Below are positions 1 through 8,787 of a stretch of DNA of 64,000 bases, piece after piece. Both the position numbers and the translations under genes were made by a program. This DNA is from Chthoniobacteraceae bacterium (lineage in GTDB: Bacteria > Verrucomicrobiota > Verrucomicrobiia > Chthoniobacterales > Chthoniobacteraceae). Numbering within the stretch: the stretch's first letter is position 1; each line of letters opens with the position of its first letter. Location: positions 1 through 64,000 of the forward strand of contig JANNWY010000316.1 in assembly GCA_031409335.1 (NCBI GenBank). Reading direction: 5' to 3'. The notes under the pieces were generated by a model. It saw nothing but the letters and a program-made list of their open reading frames with translations. It had not been told where the DNA came from and ran no database searches.

Positions 1-333
1 CCCATTTATACAGAGATAATATTAGTACCAGCTAATTCTTTCACTTTTAACCATCGCGCTACAATTGACAATACACTAGCCCAAGTTCCGCAGCTCGCGC
101 CTTGGCCGAAAAATCTTTCTCTGTGGCCACCGCGCGGCGGGATGCGCTCGCCTCTGGCGGAGAATGGTTTTGGCCGATGTAGTGCAGAAGAGCCCATCGT
201 TGGACGGGCGGCGGGGCGGCATTTTCGGGCCATGTTTTTACGCCGCCATCGCAAACAAGCCGCCGGAGAGACTTACGAGTATTGGACGCTCTGCGAGTCG
301 CGGTGGACGGCGGCGGGGCCGCGTCAGCAGGTG

Positions 334-359
334 CAGGTGCCCTGAGCGCAGTCGAAGGG
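334..359 (+). repeat. REP-like insertion, family A (CCCTGAGC..GTCGAAGGG)
   Basis: CAGGTGCCCTGAGCGCAGTCGAAGGG splits QQV|VATLGKL and shifts the frame. Confidence 0.75.
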
Positions 360-672
360 GTGGCGACGCTGGGCAAGCTGACCGGCGGGGAGCCGCGGGA
401 GGAGGCGGGCAGGGAGCAGTTGGAGTCGCTGCTTGATGGCCAGTCGGCGGCGCCGCGCTGGGAGGTGGTCGATGTGCGCGGGGTGCGGGTCGAGCGGGCG
501 CGCGATTTCGGCGCGGCATTTCTGGGGCTGGCGTTGTGGCGGCGGCTGGGGCTGCACGCGCTGCTCGCCGAGCTGGGCGAAGGAGGAGGTGCCGTGGCCG
601 ACGGTGGCCGCGGTGCTCAGCGTGGCGCGCTTTTGCGGGTAAGCCCTCGGAGCTGGGTATCGCCGAGCGCTG

Positions 673-699
673 CCGAAGGCCCTGAGCGAAGCCGAAGGG
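673..699 (+). repeat. REP-like insertion, family A
   Basis: CCGAAGGCCCTGAGCGAAGCCGAAGGG splits the TG|G Trp codon of IAERWYAHSAME. Confidence 0.75.
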
Positions 700-868
700 G
701 TATGCGCACAGCGCGATGGAGGATCTGCTCGGGGTTCCGTGGGCGAAGATCAATGACGACCGCCTTTACCGCGGGCTCGATGTGCTTGCGGCGCACAAGG
801 ACCAGCTCTGCGCGCATCTCATGGAGCGTTACCGCAGTTGGTTCGGCGTGCAGTTCGAGTTCCTGCTT

Positions 869-895
869 CGAGCCTGCCCTGAGGCTGCCGAAGGG
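869..895 (+). repeat. REP-like insertion, family A
   Basis: CGAGCCTGCCCTGAGGCTGCCGAAGGG sits between FEFLL and D..STFFEG, next to the first catalytic Asp. Confidence 0.7.
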
Positions 896-1084
896 ATGCG
901 ATGAGCACCTTCTTCGAAGGCCAGGCGGAGAAAAACGACAAGGCTGCGCGCGGCTACTCGCGCGACTCGCGGCCCGATTGCAAACAGGTCTGCATCGGCC
1001 TCGTCTGCACGCCCGAGGGCCTGCCACTTTCCTACGAAGTCTTCGCGGGCAATCGCACCGACGTGACGACCGTCGAGGAGATTG

Positions 1085-1156
1085 ACTCGCTCCCGCCACC
1101 CTTCCCGCTCGCCCTTCGGGTGCTCCTTTGTCGCATCTGTCTCGCTCCGCTCGGCT
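1085..1156 (+). repeat. REP-like insertion, family B (..CCCTTCGGG..TCTGTCTCGC..CGCTCGGCT)
   Basis: Occupies the place of the expected transposase segment between TTVEEI and GMVSE. Shares CCCTKCGGG, TCTGTCTCGC and the terminal CGCTCGGCT with 1462-1542. Confidence 0.65.
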
Positions 1157-1352
1157 GCGGCATGGTCAGCGAGAAAAACATCGCGTTCCTGCGCGCCCGC
1201 GGCGCGCGGTATCTGGTCGGCGCGCGCAAGAGCCAGCTCCGGCAGTTCGAGGCCGCGCTTTTGGAAAAGGACGGCTGGAGCGAAGTCCAAAGCGGCCTGG
1301 AAGCCAAGCTGGTGGCTCATCCCGACGGCGCGGGCAAAAGTAAGCCGCCATG

Positions 1353-1392
1353 CCCTTCGACAGGCTGAGGGCCTTGAGCCTGTCGAAACGGC
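1353..1392 (+). repeat. REP-like hairpin doublet, family A
   Basis: CCCTTCGACAGGCTGAGGGCCTTGAGCCTGTCGAAACGGC, with palindromic arms TTCGACAGGCT/AGCCTGTCGAA; interrupts AAM|LARQ. Confidence 0.8.
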
Positions 1393-1461
1393 TCGCCCGC
1401 CAGAGCGACGCGCTGTGCGAGGAACTCGCCAAAATCGACCGCGCGCGTCGAAGCCCACATC

Positions 1462-1542
1462 GTTGATGCTTCGCGCGCCGCGCTACGCACCCTGCGGGCT
1501 GCCTGCGGCAGTCTGTCTCGCGGCTTCCGCCGCCGCTCGGCT
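1462..1542 (+). repeat. REP-like insertion, family B
   Basis: Inserted between RVEAHI and VCFLALAMW; ends in CGCTCGGCT like 1085-1156. Confidence 0.7.
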
Positions 1543-1610
1543 GTCTGCTTCCTCGCGCTGGCCATGTGGCGCACCTTGGAAATGTGGATGCAGGGCAAAG
1601 GCCTCGGCAC

Positions 1611-1651
1611 CCCTTCGGCTGCGCTCAGGGCCTTGAACTTGTCGAAACGGC
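1611..1651 (+). repeat. REP-like doublet, family A
   Basis: CCCTTCGGCTGCGCTCAGGGCCTTGAACTTGTCGAAACGGC has the same architecture as 1353-1392; interrupts GLGT|CARRLVEE. Confidence 0.8.
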
Positions 1652-2429
1652 TGCGCGCGCCGCCTCGTCGAAGAAATCGCCACCGTCAAAAGCATGGACG
1701 TGATCCTGCCCGTGCGCCGCCGCGAAGAGGTCGCCCAACTGCGCCTGCGTTGCGTCGCCCGCCCAGAGCGGCGCGTGGCCGAACTACTCGTGCGCCTCGG
1801 CTTGGACCTGCCCAGGCGCAGCCGCATCGTCGAAGACCTCCCCGCCGCCACGCTGGCAAATGTAGTGCAGAAAACCACCCCCTGAGCAACGCGGCTACTC
1901 TGATGACCGCGCCAGAATGGCCCGCGAGCTGCGGAACTTGGGTTAAGGAACGAGATGGATGTTTTTGCAATCATATTGTTTTTCCAATTGTTATCATTCA
2001 ACAGGAGCATTGCCAGCCACAGCAGATTTCCCCGCACAAGCCGCTGTACCTTCCTGCCGAGTTCGACTACTCCGTGCCCGCTCTGCCGGTTCGCCAAGCG
2101 TCCTCCCAATATCAGAAAAGCATCGCCCGGTATCAGCCGCGCATCCTCCAAACTGGGCAAATTGTGACAATCGCCAGTGAAGATGGTGAGAGCAGCCGTC
2201 TTGTTCGCGAGGATAGCGAACCAGCATGGAAAGACGATCGCGGTTCCTGAGATTTCAAATTCAGACGGCAGGTCAATTCCCGATGTCTCGTCCGTTTCGC
2301 CGGGGAAGTCGGCGGCCTCCAGGTGAAATCATTTGCGAGAAGGGTGACGTCGGGAGGGAAAGCGCATTTCTGTAAATTCGACGCATTCCCGCTTCCGCCA
2401 CGCGTCTGCCGCCTGCTAAGGCTCCTTTT

Positions 2430-5129
2430 GTGAGCTTCCAAATAAAAACCAGATTCGTCCTCGCTGTTTGTTGTTCCCTCATTTTGTTCGGCTCCCACGG
2501 TCCGGCTCGTGCGGAAGCGGAGCACCTCTGCTGCGCGCACGGTCACGCGTGGCTCGCGGCGGGCGCGGAGGCGTCTGACTTTCTGAAATATGCGCCGAGC
2601 CGTGAAATCGACATGCTCCATGTGGCGATCGACGTTACGCCGGATTTCAAGGCGCGTTCGGTTTCCGGCAAGGTCACGCTCCGCTTCAAACCGATCGCGA
2701 AACCGTTTGCGGAACTGAAGCTCAACGGCATCGACTTCGTGGTGTCGGCGGTGGAATCCAGCGAGAGAATCCTCGGCTATCAGGCGACCACCGAGCACGT
2801 CATCGTGACGTTTGCGGAAGCGGCTCCCGCCGACAAGGAGGTGAGCGTCACCATTCACTACAGCGCGGCGCCGGACAAGGGGCTCTACTTTCGCACGCCC
2901 GAGATGGGTTATCCGGCGGGTGATTCCCACCTGTGGACGCAGGGCGAGCCACATGAAGCGCGGCATTGGTTCCCGAGCTTTGACGCGCCGAATGAGAAGT
3001 TCACCAGCGAGGTGACCTGCCACGTGCCGGATGGCATGGTCGTCATCTCGAACGGGAAAAAAATGTCCGAGGAGAAGGACGCTGCCACCGGTGTCATTTC
3101 TGTGCGCTGGCTTCAGGATAAGCCGCACTCGAACTATCTCATCGCGCTCTGCGCCGGTTACTTCAAAAAGATCGAAGGCACCCATCGCGACATCCCGCTG
3201 GCCTTCTGGACTCCTGCCTCGCAGATCGACCAGGCGCAAAGTTCCTTCCGCGACACGAAGGATATGCTGGAGTTTTTCGAGAAGGAAACCGGCGTGCCGT
3301 ATCCGTGGGCGAAGTATGATCAGGTGTGCGTCGAGGACTTTGGCTGGGGCGGCATGGAGAACACGACGATCACGATCCTGAACGACAACACCCTCTTTAC
3401 CGACGCGACGGAGAACCTCCGCGACAGCACGAGCCTCGTCGCGCACGAGCTGGCCCATCAATGGTTTGGGGACTACGTGACGTGCAAGGACTGGTCGCAC
3501 CTTTGGCTCAATGAAGGCTTCGCGACCTACTACGACGCGCTCTATCAAGGCCACAAGTTTGGCCCTGACGAGTTGCTCTACGAGATGCGCGGCAACGCCA
3601 ACGGTGTCCTAAACCAGGCCAACGACACGAACGCGATCGTGCGCCGCAACTTCAAAAACCCGGAAGAGCAGTTCGGCTTCCACGCCTATCCAAAGGGTAG
3701 CTGGATACTTCACATGCTCCGCAGCCAGCTCGGCGATGAGCTATATCGCAGCATTGTGAAGACTTACCTCGAACGTCACGCCTTGGGGAATGTCGCCACG
3801 GATGACTTCAACAAGGTCATCGAGGAACTCTCCGGACGTTCGTTCGACCAGTTCTTCAACCAATACGTGTATCACGCGCATCACCCCGAGCTGGACATTA
3901 GCTATAGTTGGGACGAGCGGACCAAGCTCGCGAAGGTATCCATCCAGCAGGTCCAGAAACTCAGCGACGACGTCCTGCTGTTCAATGTGCCACTGCCCGT
4001 CCGCTTTAGGGGCAAGTCCGGCAGCGTTGTCGAGCGCACATTCAATGTGAAAGAAAAGTCCGAGGACTTCTACGTCGCGCTGGCTGAAGTGCCGGAGCTT
4101 GTCCGCATCGATCCGCGCTACACTCTGCTCGCAAAAATCAACTTCAAGGCGCCGACCGCGATGCTTCACGTGCAGCTTGCCGACAAGACCGACATGCTGG
4201 GTCGCCTGCTCGCCATTGAGGCACTGAGTGGCAAGGCTGCGGAACTCGGTAAACTCAAGGATGTGCTGAACAACGATCCGTTTTATGGCGTCCGCATTGC
4301 CGCCTCCACTGCCATCCGCACCATCCAGACCGACGAAGCTCTTGATGCCCTGATTGCCTCGGCCAAACAGAGTGACGCGCGGGTGCGGCGTCAGGTGGTG
4401 ATGGACCTCGGCGGGTTCTATCGCGAGACGAGCTACGCGGCGGCGCAGCAGATTCTAAAGGATGAGAAGAACCCGGACATTCAAGCGAAAGCCCTGATGT
4501 CCATCGGCTCTTACGCGAAGGTGGAAGTGCGTGATGAAATCCTGAAGGCGTTAAGCTCGACCTCCTATCGCAATGCCACGGCCGACGCCGCGATCAATGC
4601 CATCCGCGCGCAGGCCGACCCCAGCTACATCGCGTCGCTGCTCGACGTATTGCAAACGAAGGAAGCGCTGTTCACCAGCGGCGGTTTTGCGAATGGCCTG
4701 AGTGTCCTGGCGAAGCTGGCCGAGCACGAGGAGAAGAAGGACACGGTGCGTGAGTTCCTGCTCCAGCACCTCGACAGCCGGAAGCGCCGTGTGCAACTCG
4801 CAGCCGTCGCGGGCTTGGGCGTGCTGGGTGATGCGAAGGCGATTGGCCCCTTGGAGAAGCTCACGTCTTTGCCAAAGGAAACCCCGCTGCGCGCTGCCGC
4901 GGAACGCGCCGTCACCGCCATCCATGAGGCAAAGAAACCTGCCTTGGAAGCGGGAGCAGTCCGCGGTGAAGTGCTGACGCTCCACAAAGCAGACCGCGAT
5001 CTCCGCAAGGATTTCGATGACCTGAAGAAGAAGCTGGATGCACTCACCCCAAAACCAGCCGACCCGAAAGCAGCGAAGCCGGCGCCTGCGGCAAAAGTGA
5101 AAACGCCCGCGCGCAGCTCAAAAAGATAA
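2430..5129 (+). CDS. M1-family zinc aminopeptidase with C-terminal HEAT repeats, signal peptide
   Basis: GGMEN exopeptidase motif, HELAH..NEGFA zinc motif, YPKG. HEAT-like DPFYGVR/DARVRR repeats and a hydrophobic N-terminus. Confidence 0.92.
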   Translation: MSFQIKTRFVLAVCCSLILFGSHGPARAEAEHLCCAHGHAWLAAGAEASDFLKYAPSREIDMLHVAIDVTPDFKARSVSGKVTLRFKPIAKPFAELKLNGIDFVVSAVESSERILGYQATTEHVIVTFAEAAPADKEVSVTIHYSAAPDKGLYFRTPEMGYPAGDSHLWTQGEPHEARHWFPSFDAPNEKFTSEVTCHVPDGMVVISNGKKMSEEKDAATGVISVRWLQDKPHSNYLIALCAGYFKKIEGTHRDIPLAFWTPASQIDQAQSSFRDTKDMLEFFEKETGVPYPWAKYDQVCVEDFGWGGMENTTITILNDNTLFTDATENLRDSTSLVAHELAHQWFGDYVTCKDWSHLWLNEGFATYYDALYQGHKFGPDELLYEMRGNANGVLNQANDTNAIVRRNFKNPEEQFGFHAYPKGSWILHMLRSQLGDELYRSIVKTYLERHALGNVATDDFNKVIEELSGRSFDQFFNQYVYHAHHPELDISYSWDERTKLAKVSIQQVQKLSDDVLLFNVPLPVRFRGKSGSVVERTFNVKEKSEDFYVALAEVPELVRIDPRYTLLAKINFKAPTAMLHVQLADKTDMLGRLLAIEALSGKAAELGKLKDVLNNDPFYGVRIAASTAIRTIQTDEALDALIASAKQSDARVRRQVVMDLGGFYRETSYAAAQQILKDEKNPDIQAKALMSIGSYAKVEVRDEILKALSSTSYRNATADAAINAIRAQADPSYIASLLDVLQTKEALFTSGGFANGLSVLAKLAEHEEKKDTVREFLLQHLDSRKRRVQLAAVAGLGVLGDAKAIGPLEKLTSLPKETPLRAAAERAVTAIHEAKKPALEAGAVRGEVLTLHKADRDLRKDFDDLKKKLDALTPKPADPKAAKPAPAAKVKTPARSSKR

Positions 5130-5314
5130 ACCTACAAAAGGCGATGGATATTGCCGCGAAGAGCGCGGGGGACGCGGAGATTTACGAACCTGATGCCGTT
5201 CACTCAATCGGTGAACGACGCCTTCCCGGCGACACGGAACGCACCTTATTCCTCATCCGCGTTTTCCGCGTCCTTCGCGGCAATCTCCAGCGCCGCTTTT
5301 AGGCTAATCCGCAC

Positions 5315-6295
5315 TCAACGCTTTGGCTCATTACCACTGACGCCGCGATGGACGCGGTAGGCGCGGACGATCGATTGGACGAGTTCGTGGCGGATGACGT
5401 CGGCTTCGCCGAAATGGCAGAAGGCGATGCCTTCGACTTCGTTCAGTGCTTGCAGTGCTTCGATGAGGCCGGAGCGTTTGTTCGTGGGCAGGTCGATCTG
5501 CGTGTGGTCGCCGGTGACGACGCATTTTGACTCCGTGCCGAGCCTGGTGAGGAACATGAACATTTGCTCCGTCGTGGTGTTCTGCGCTTCGTCGAGCACG
5601 ACGAAGGCGCGATTCAGCGTGCGCCCGCGCATGTAGGCGAGGGGAGCGACTTCGATGATGCCGCGCTCGATGCAGCGCTGCATTTCCTCCGGCTCGAGCA
5701 TGTCGGCGAGCGCATCGTAAAGCGGGCGCAGATACGGCATGATTTTTTCCTTCAAATCTCCCGGCAGAAAACCGAGCGCCTCGCCGGCCTCGACGGCTGG
5801 CCGCGTGAGGATGATGCGGGTGACTTCCTCCCGTTTCAGCGCGGAGACCGCGAGCGCCATCGCGAGGTAAGTTTTCCCCGTGCCCGCCGGACCGACGCCG
5901 AAGACCATGTCGCTGTGCTGAATGGCGCGGATGTATTCGCGCTGGCCTGGCGTCTTCGGGATGATCGGCGGACGTTTGCTGGAGCACACGATGCGGGTGT
6001 CGCTCAGTTCGTCGAGAGCGGCTTCGCCATCGGAGCTGGCGACATTGCGCACGGCGTAAAGGAATTCATGTTTCCGAATCACCACGCCGTTTTGCCGCGC
6101 GCGTTCGAGCTGGCCAAAGACGCGGCGCACTTTCTCAAAACGCTCCGGTTCCCCCTCGACCCGGAGCCAGCCCTCACGCGTCGTCACCCGCACATCGAGC
6201 GCGGATTCGAGTTGTTTGAGCAGGCCGAGATCGTTTGCAAAAAGCATCGCGAGCGCGCGCGCGTTCTCGAATTGCAGGGTCTGGGAATCGCTCAT
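5315..6295 (-). CDS. phoH: PhoH-family ATPase
   Basis: KTPGQ, GPAGTGKT Walker A, RPAVEAGE.LGFLPG, MRGRTL, LDEAQN, GD..QIDLP. Start taken at MSDSQ. Confidence 0.93.
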   Translation of the reverse strand: MSDSQTLQFENARALAMLFANDLGLLKQLESALDVRVTTREGWLRVEGEPERFEKVRRVFGQLERARQNGVVIRKHEFLYAVRNVASSDGEAALDELSDTRIVCSSKRPPIIPKTPGQREYIRAIQHSDMVFGVGPAGTGKTYLAMALAVSALKREEVTRIILTRPAVEAGEALGFLPGDLKEKIMPYLRPLYDALADMLEPEEMQRCIERGIIEVAPLAYMRGRTLNRAFVVLDEAQNTTTEQMFMFLTRLGTESKCVVTGDHTQIDLPTNKRSGLIEALQALNEVEGIAFCHFGEADVIRHELVQSIVRAYRVHRGVSGNEPKR

Positions 6296-6340
6296 TGGGG
6301 GAGCTCGACGCGAACAATCGACAACGCGCACCCAGCCGGC

Positions 6341-6775
6341 CTACCGAAACCCATACGCGAGCGACCACGTCGTGCGCTCCAGCGGCGAAGTTTCCACTTC
6401 GACGATCAGGTAATACGACCCGGTTTTTTTCGGCACCACGCGCGCCGCCGCGAAGTGCGGCTTCTGCCACGCCTGCACTTCGGCGATGTTGCCTTCGCTG
6501 TCGTAAATGTGGACGGAAATCTTCGCGGTCTTATCGTCGGTTCCCATCCAGAACCAGTATTCGTTTCCTTTGAAAAGCTGATGCACGATGGCCTTGGTCG
6601 TCTTCACCGGCAGATCGCCGCCCCAGTAGTCTTCGCGGACGGTGAAGCCTTCCTTCACGTAGGGAGCCGCGGCCTCGAGCGCGAAGGAAAGCGCGTCATC
6701 GACGGTCGCCCGCGCCGGCGCGAGGATCGCGGCGAGGCAGAGGGCGATGGTTGGGAGTGTGGTGCGTGGTTTCAC
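6341..6775 (-). CDS. Exported hypothetical protein (beta-sandwich-like)
   Basis: 144-aa ORF with signal peptide (LCLAAILAPARA), in operon orientation with its neighbours. Confidence 0.75.
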   Translation of the reverse strand: MKPRTTLPTIALCLAAILAPARATVDDALSFALEAAAPYVKEGFTVREDYWGGDLPVKTTKAIVHQLFKGNEYWFWMGTDDKTAKISVHIYDSEGNIAEVQAWQKPHFAAARVVPKKTGSYYLIVEVETSPLERTTWSLAYGFR

Positions 6776-6808
6776 AAAATTAGTCGGGCTTGCAACTACA
6801 AAGATGGC

Positions 6809-7627
6809 TCAGTTTGTCTTTTCACCAATCGTTTTCACCAAGTCTTCCGCGATTGCCTTGATCTCTTTGACGGTCTTTTCCGAAATCTCCGTTCCGTCGT
6901 TTTGTCCCATCAGCGGGCGGATGTCGATCAGGCCTTTCTGCACCTTCGTCACGGCCGGGTTCGCCTTAAATTTTGGCTTCATCCCCGCGATGCGTTTCTC
7001 GAAATAGTCCAGCAACACTGGCTGGTGCAGGAGTTCCGCTCCGTCCTTGCTGTAATTTTTCGCGACCACCATCGTCAGCGCTTCCGTCCCGCGCAGCCAG
7101 CCGCCGAGGCTCACGAGTTGCGAGAGCGGTTCGCTGTCGAGTTTGATCATCGCCGCCTTCACATCGACCAGCGCGCCATCGAGCTCCTGCCGCACGCCCG
7201 TCCAGTCGTCCGCATTTGCGAAGCTGATGATGCTGTTGGTCCGCTTCGTCACTTCCTTCCCGACGCCGAGCGCCTTCGCGAGATTCAGCACGTTCTTCCC
7301 GATCTCCTTCACCTCCGCGGTATTCATCGACTCCACCGCGATGAAGCCCTCCGCGATCACCGTGCCGAGCAGCAGCGCGGTCTGCGCCTGTTCGCCGGGC
7401 GGTTTCGCCAGCGATTTGCTGGGCCGCAGCACGTCTTCCCAGTGCGGTTTTCCGAGTTTGTCGAGAACGTTGAAGATTTCGCTCGGTACCGGCACCACCA
7501 CATCGTCGATCATCCTGCTCGCAGGCGGAAAGGCGCTGACGTCGATTCGCTGAGGCGGCTCTGCGAACGATGTGAGTTGGAGCGCGGTCGAGGCTGCGAG
7601 AATGGCGAGCGTCAATACTTTCTTCAT
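6809..7627 (-). CDS. Exported all-helical hypothetical protein
   Basis: MKKVLTLAILAAS signal peptide; typical codon usage; start chosen at ATG 7627. Confidence 0.75.
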   Translation of the reverse strand: MKKVLTLAILAASTALQLTSFAEPPQRIDVSAFPPASRMIDDVVVPVPSEIFNVLDKLGKPHWEDVLRPSKSLAKPPGEQAQTALLLGTVIAEGFIAVESMNTAEVKEIGKNVLNLAKALGVGKEVTKRTNSIISFANADDWTGVRQELDGALVDVKAAMIKLDSEPLSQLVSLGGWLRGTEALTMVVAKNYSKDGAELLHQPVLLDYFEKRIAGMKPKFKANPAVTKVQKGLIDIRPLMGQNDGTEISEKTVKEIKAIAEDLVKTIGEKTN

Positions 7628-7734
7628 AGGGATCATGGATTTTGCCATCTGAACGGACTCAAAACAAATAGCCGCGTTCGATTTGCGGCAAGTTTTCTTT
7701 TGGCCTGCGCGTCCGGCGCTGCCCGGCTTCCGCG

Positions 7735-7763
7735 TTGACACACCCGGACGTTTCCTTCGCAAT
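7735..7763 (+). promoter_or_regulatory. Candidate sigma70 promoter for heptose kinase gene
   Basis: TTGACA-N17-CGCAAT just upstream of ATG 7779. Confidence 0.35.
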
Positions 7764-7778
7764 CCGCCCGAATTTTCC

Positions 7779-8777
7779 ATGCTCCGCTCCCGACTCGCCA
7801 CGCTCATCAAAGACTTCGCCGACAAGCGCATCCTCGTCATCGGCGATCTCATGCTCGATGAATTCCTGTGGGGAAAAGTCTCCCGCATTTCACCCGAAGC
7901 ACCCGTGCCCGTGGTCGAAACCGTGACCGAAGAATCTTTCCCTGGCGGTGCGGCGAATGTGGCGCGCAACCTCGCGGAATTCACCCGCCACGCCAGCGTC
8001 CTCGGCGTCACGGGCGACTGCGTGCATTCCGAAAAACTCAAGCAGTTGCTCACCGCCGAGGGAGTCGATGTCGCCTGCGTGCAATCCCACGCCTGCTACC
8101 AGACCATCGTGAAAACGCGGGTCATCGCGCGACAGCAGCATGTCGTCCGTATCGACCGTGAAAAACGCATGGCGCTTCACCCCGCGCACGCCGCCGCGGC
8201 GCTCGGGCAAATCTCCGCGCTGCTCCCGACGATCGACGCCGTCATCGTCGAGGATTACGGCAAGGGGCTGCTCGATCAGGCTTTTGCCGGAGCGATCTGC
8301 AGCCTCGCCGAGCGCGCCGGCAAAATCCTCGCCGTCGATCCCAATCCGCACAACCCACTCGACTGGCGTCACGTCACCATCATCAAGCCCAATCGTGCCG
8401 AAGCCTTCGCCACCGCGAACCGGCTGCCGAGCGAGCCGGTCGATCCGCCGACCGATGACGGCGAGTTGCTCGCGGTCGGCAGCGTCCTTTCGGAAAAATG
8501 GAACGCGGACAATCTTCTCATCACACTCGGCGAGCAGGGACTGATGCTTTTCCGGCGTGGTGAAGCGCCTTATCACGCCCCGACTCGAGCCCGCGAGGTC
8601 TTCGACGTGAGCGGAGCAGGGGACACCGTCATCGCGCTCTTCACGCTCGCGCTTACTGCTGGAGCGAGCCCGGATGAAGCCGCCGAAATCGCCAACCACG
8701 CCAGCGGCGTAGTCGTCGGAAAACTTGGCACCGCGACCGTCACCCCCGACGAACTCCTCGCGAGCTTCGAGGTGTAA
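7779..8777 (+). CDS. hldA: D-glycero-beta-D-manno-heptose-7-phosphate kinase (RfaE domain I, PfkB family)
   Basis: VIGDLMLD..G...RISPEAPVPV, PGGAANVA.NL, DYGKG, KPN..EA, DVSGAGDTV, N..SGVVVGK.GTA. Confidence 0.92.
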   Translation: MLRSRLATLIKDFADKRILVIGDLMLDEFLWGKVSRISPEAPVPVVETVTEESFPGGAANVARNLAEFTRHASVLGVTGDCVHSEKLKQLLTAEGVDVACVQSHACYQTIVKTRVIARQQHVVRIDREKRMALHPAHAAAALGQISALLPTIDAVIVEDYGKGLLDQAFAGAICSLAERAGKILAVDPNPHNPLDWRHVTIIKPNRAEAFATANRLPSEPVDPPTDDGELLAVGSVLSEKWNADNLLITLGEQGLMLFRRGEAPYHAPTRAREVFDVSGAGDTVIALFTLALTAGASPDEAAEIANHASGVVVGKLGTATVTPDELLASFEV

Positions 8778-8787
8778 GGCGGCCGCG

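Larger units (their letters stand above)
232..1885 (+). pseudogene. IS1634-family transposase pseudogene (frameshifts, internal deletions, repeat insertions)
   Basis: Fragments in several frames carry IS1634-type motifs: MFLRR..YEYWTLCES..GPRQ, INDDRLYRGLD, STFFEG..ARGYSRDSRPDCKQV..GLP..YEVFAGN..D, GMVSE, RVEAHI..VCFLALAMWRTLE, ending NVVQKT at stop 1883-1885. Confidence 0.9.
80..1942 (+). mobile_element. IS1634-family (IS4 superfamily) insertion sequence, degenerate
   Basis: Perfect 20-bp terminal inverted repeats CCCAAGTTCCGCAGCTCGCG (80-99) / CGCGAGCTGCGGAACTTGGG (1923-1942) enclose transposase fragments. Flanks are AT-rich (CTAG left, TTAA right) with no clear target duplication. Confidence 0.9.

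Noticed and set aside
334..1651. Repeats in the IS read as a CRISPR array
   Set aside because: Irregular spacing, mixed orientation and variable units; the intervening DNA is continuous transposase sequence; no cas genes.
1943..2429. Possible gene remnant right of the IS
   Set aside because: No recognisable motif in any frame; cannot be supported.
5564..7738. 724-aa plus-strand ORF
   Set aside because: Overlaps three well-supported minus-strand genes; shadow ORF.
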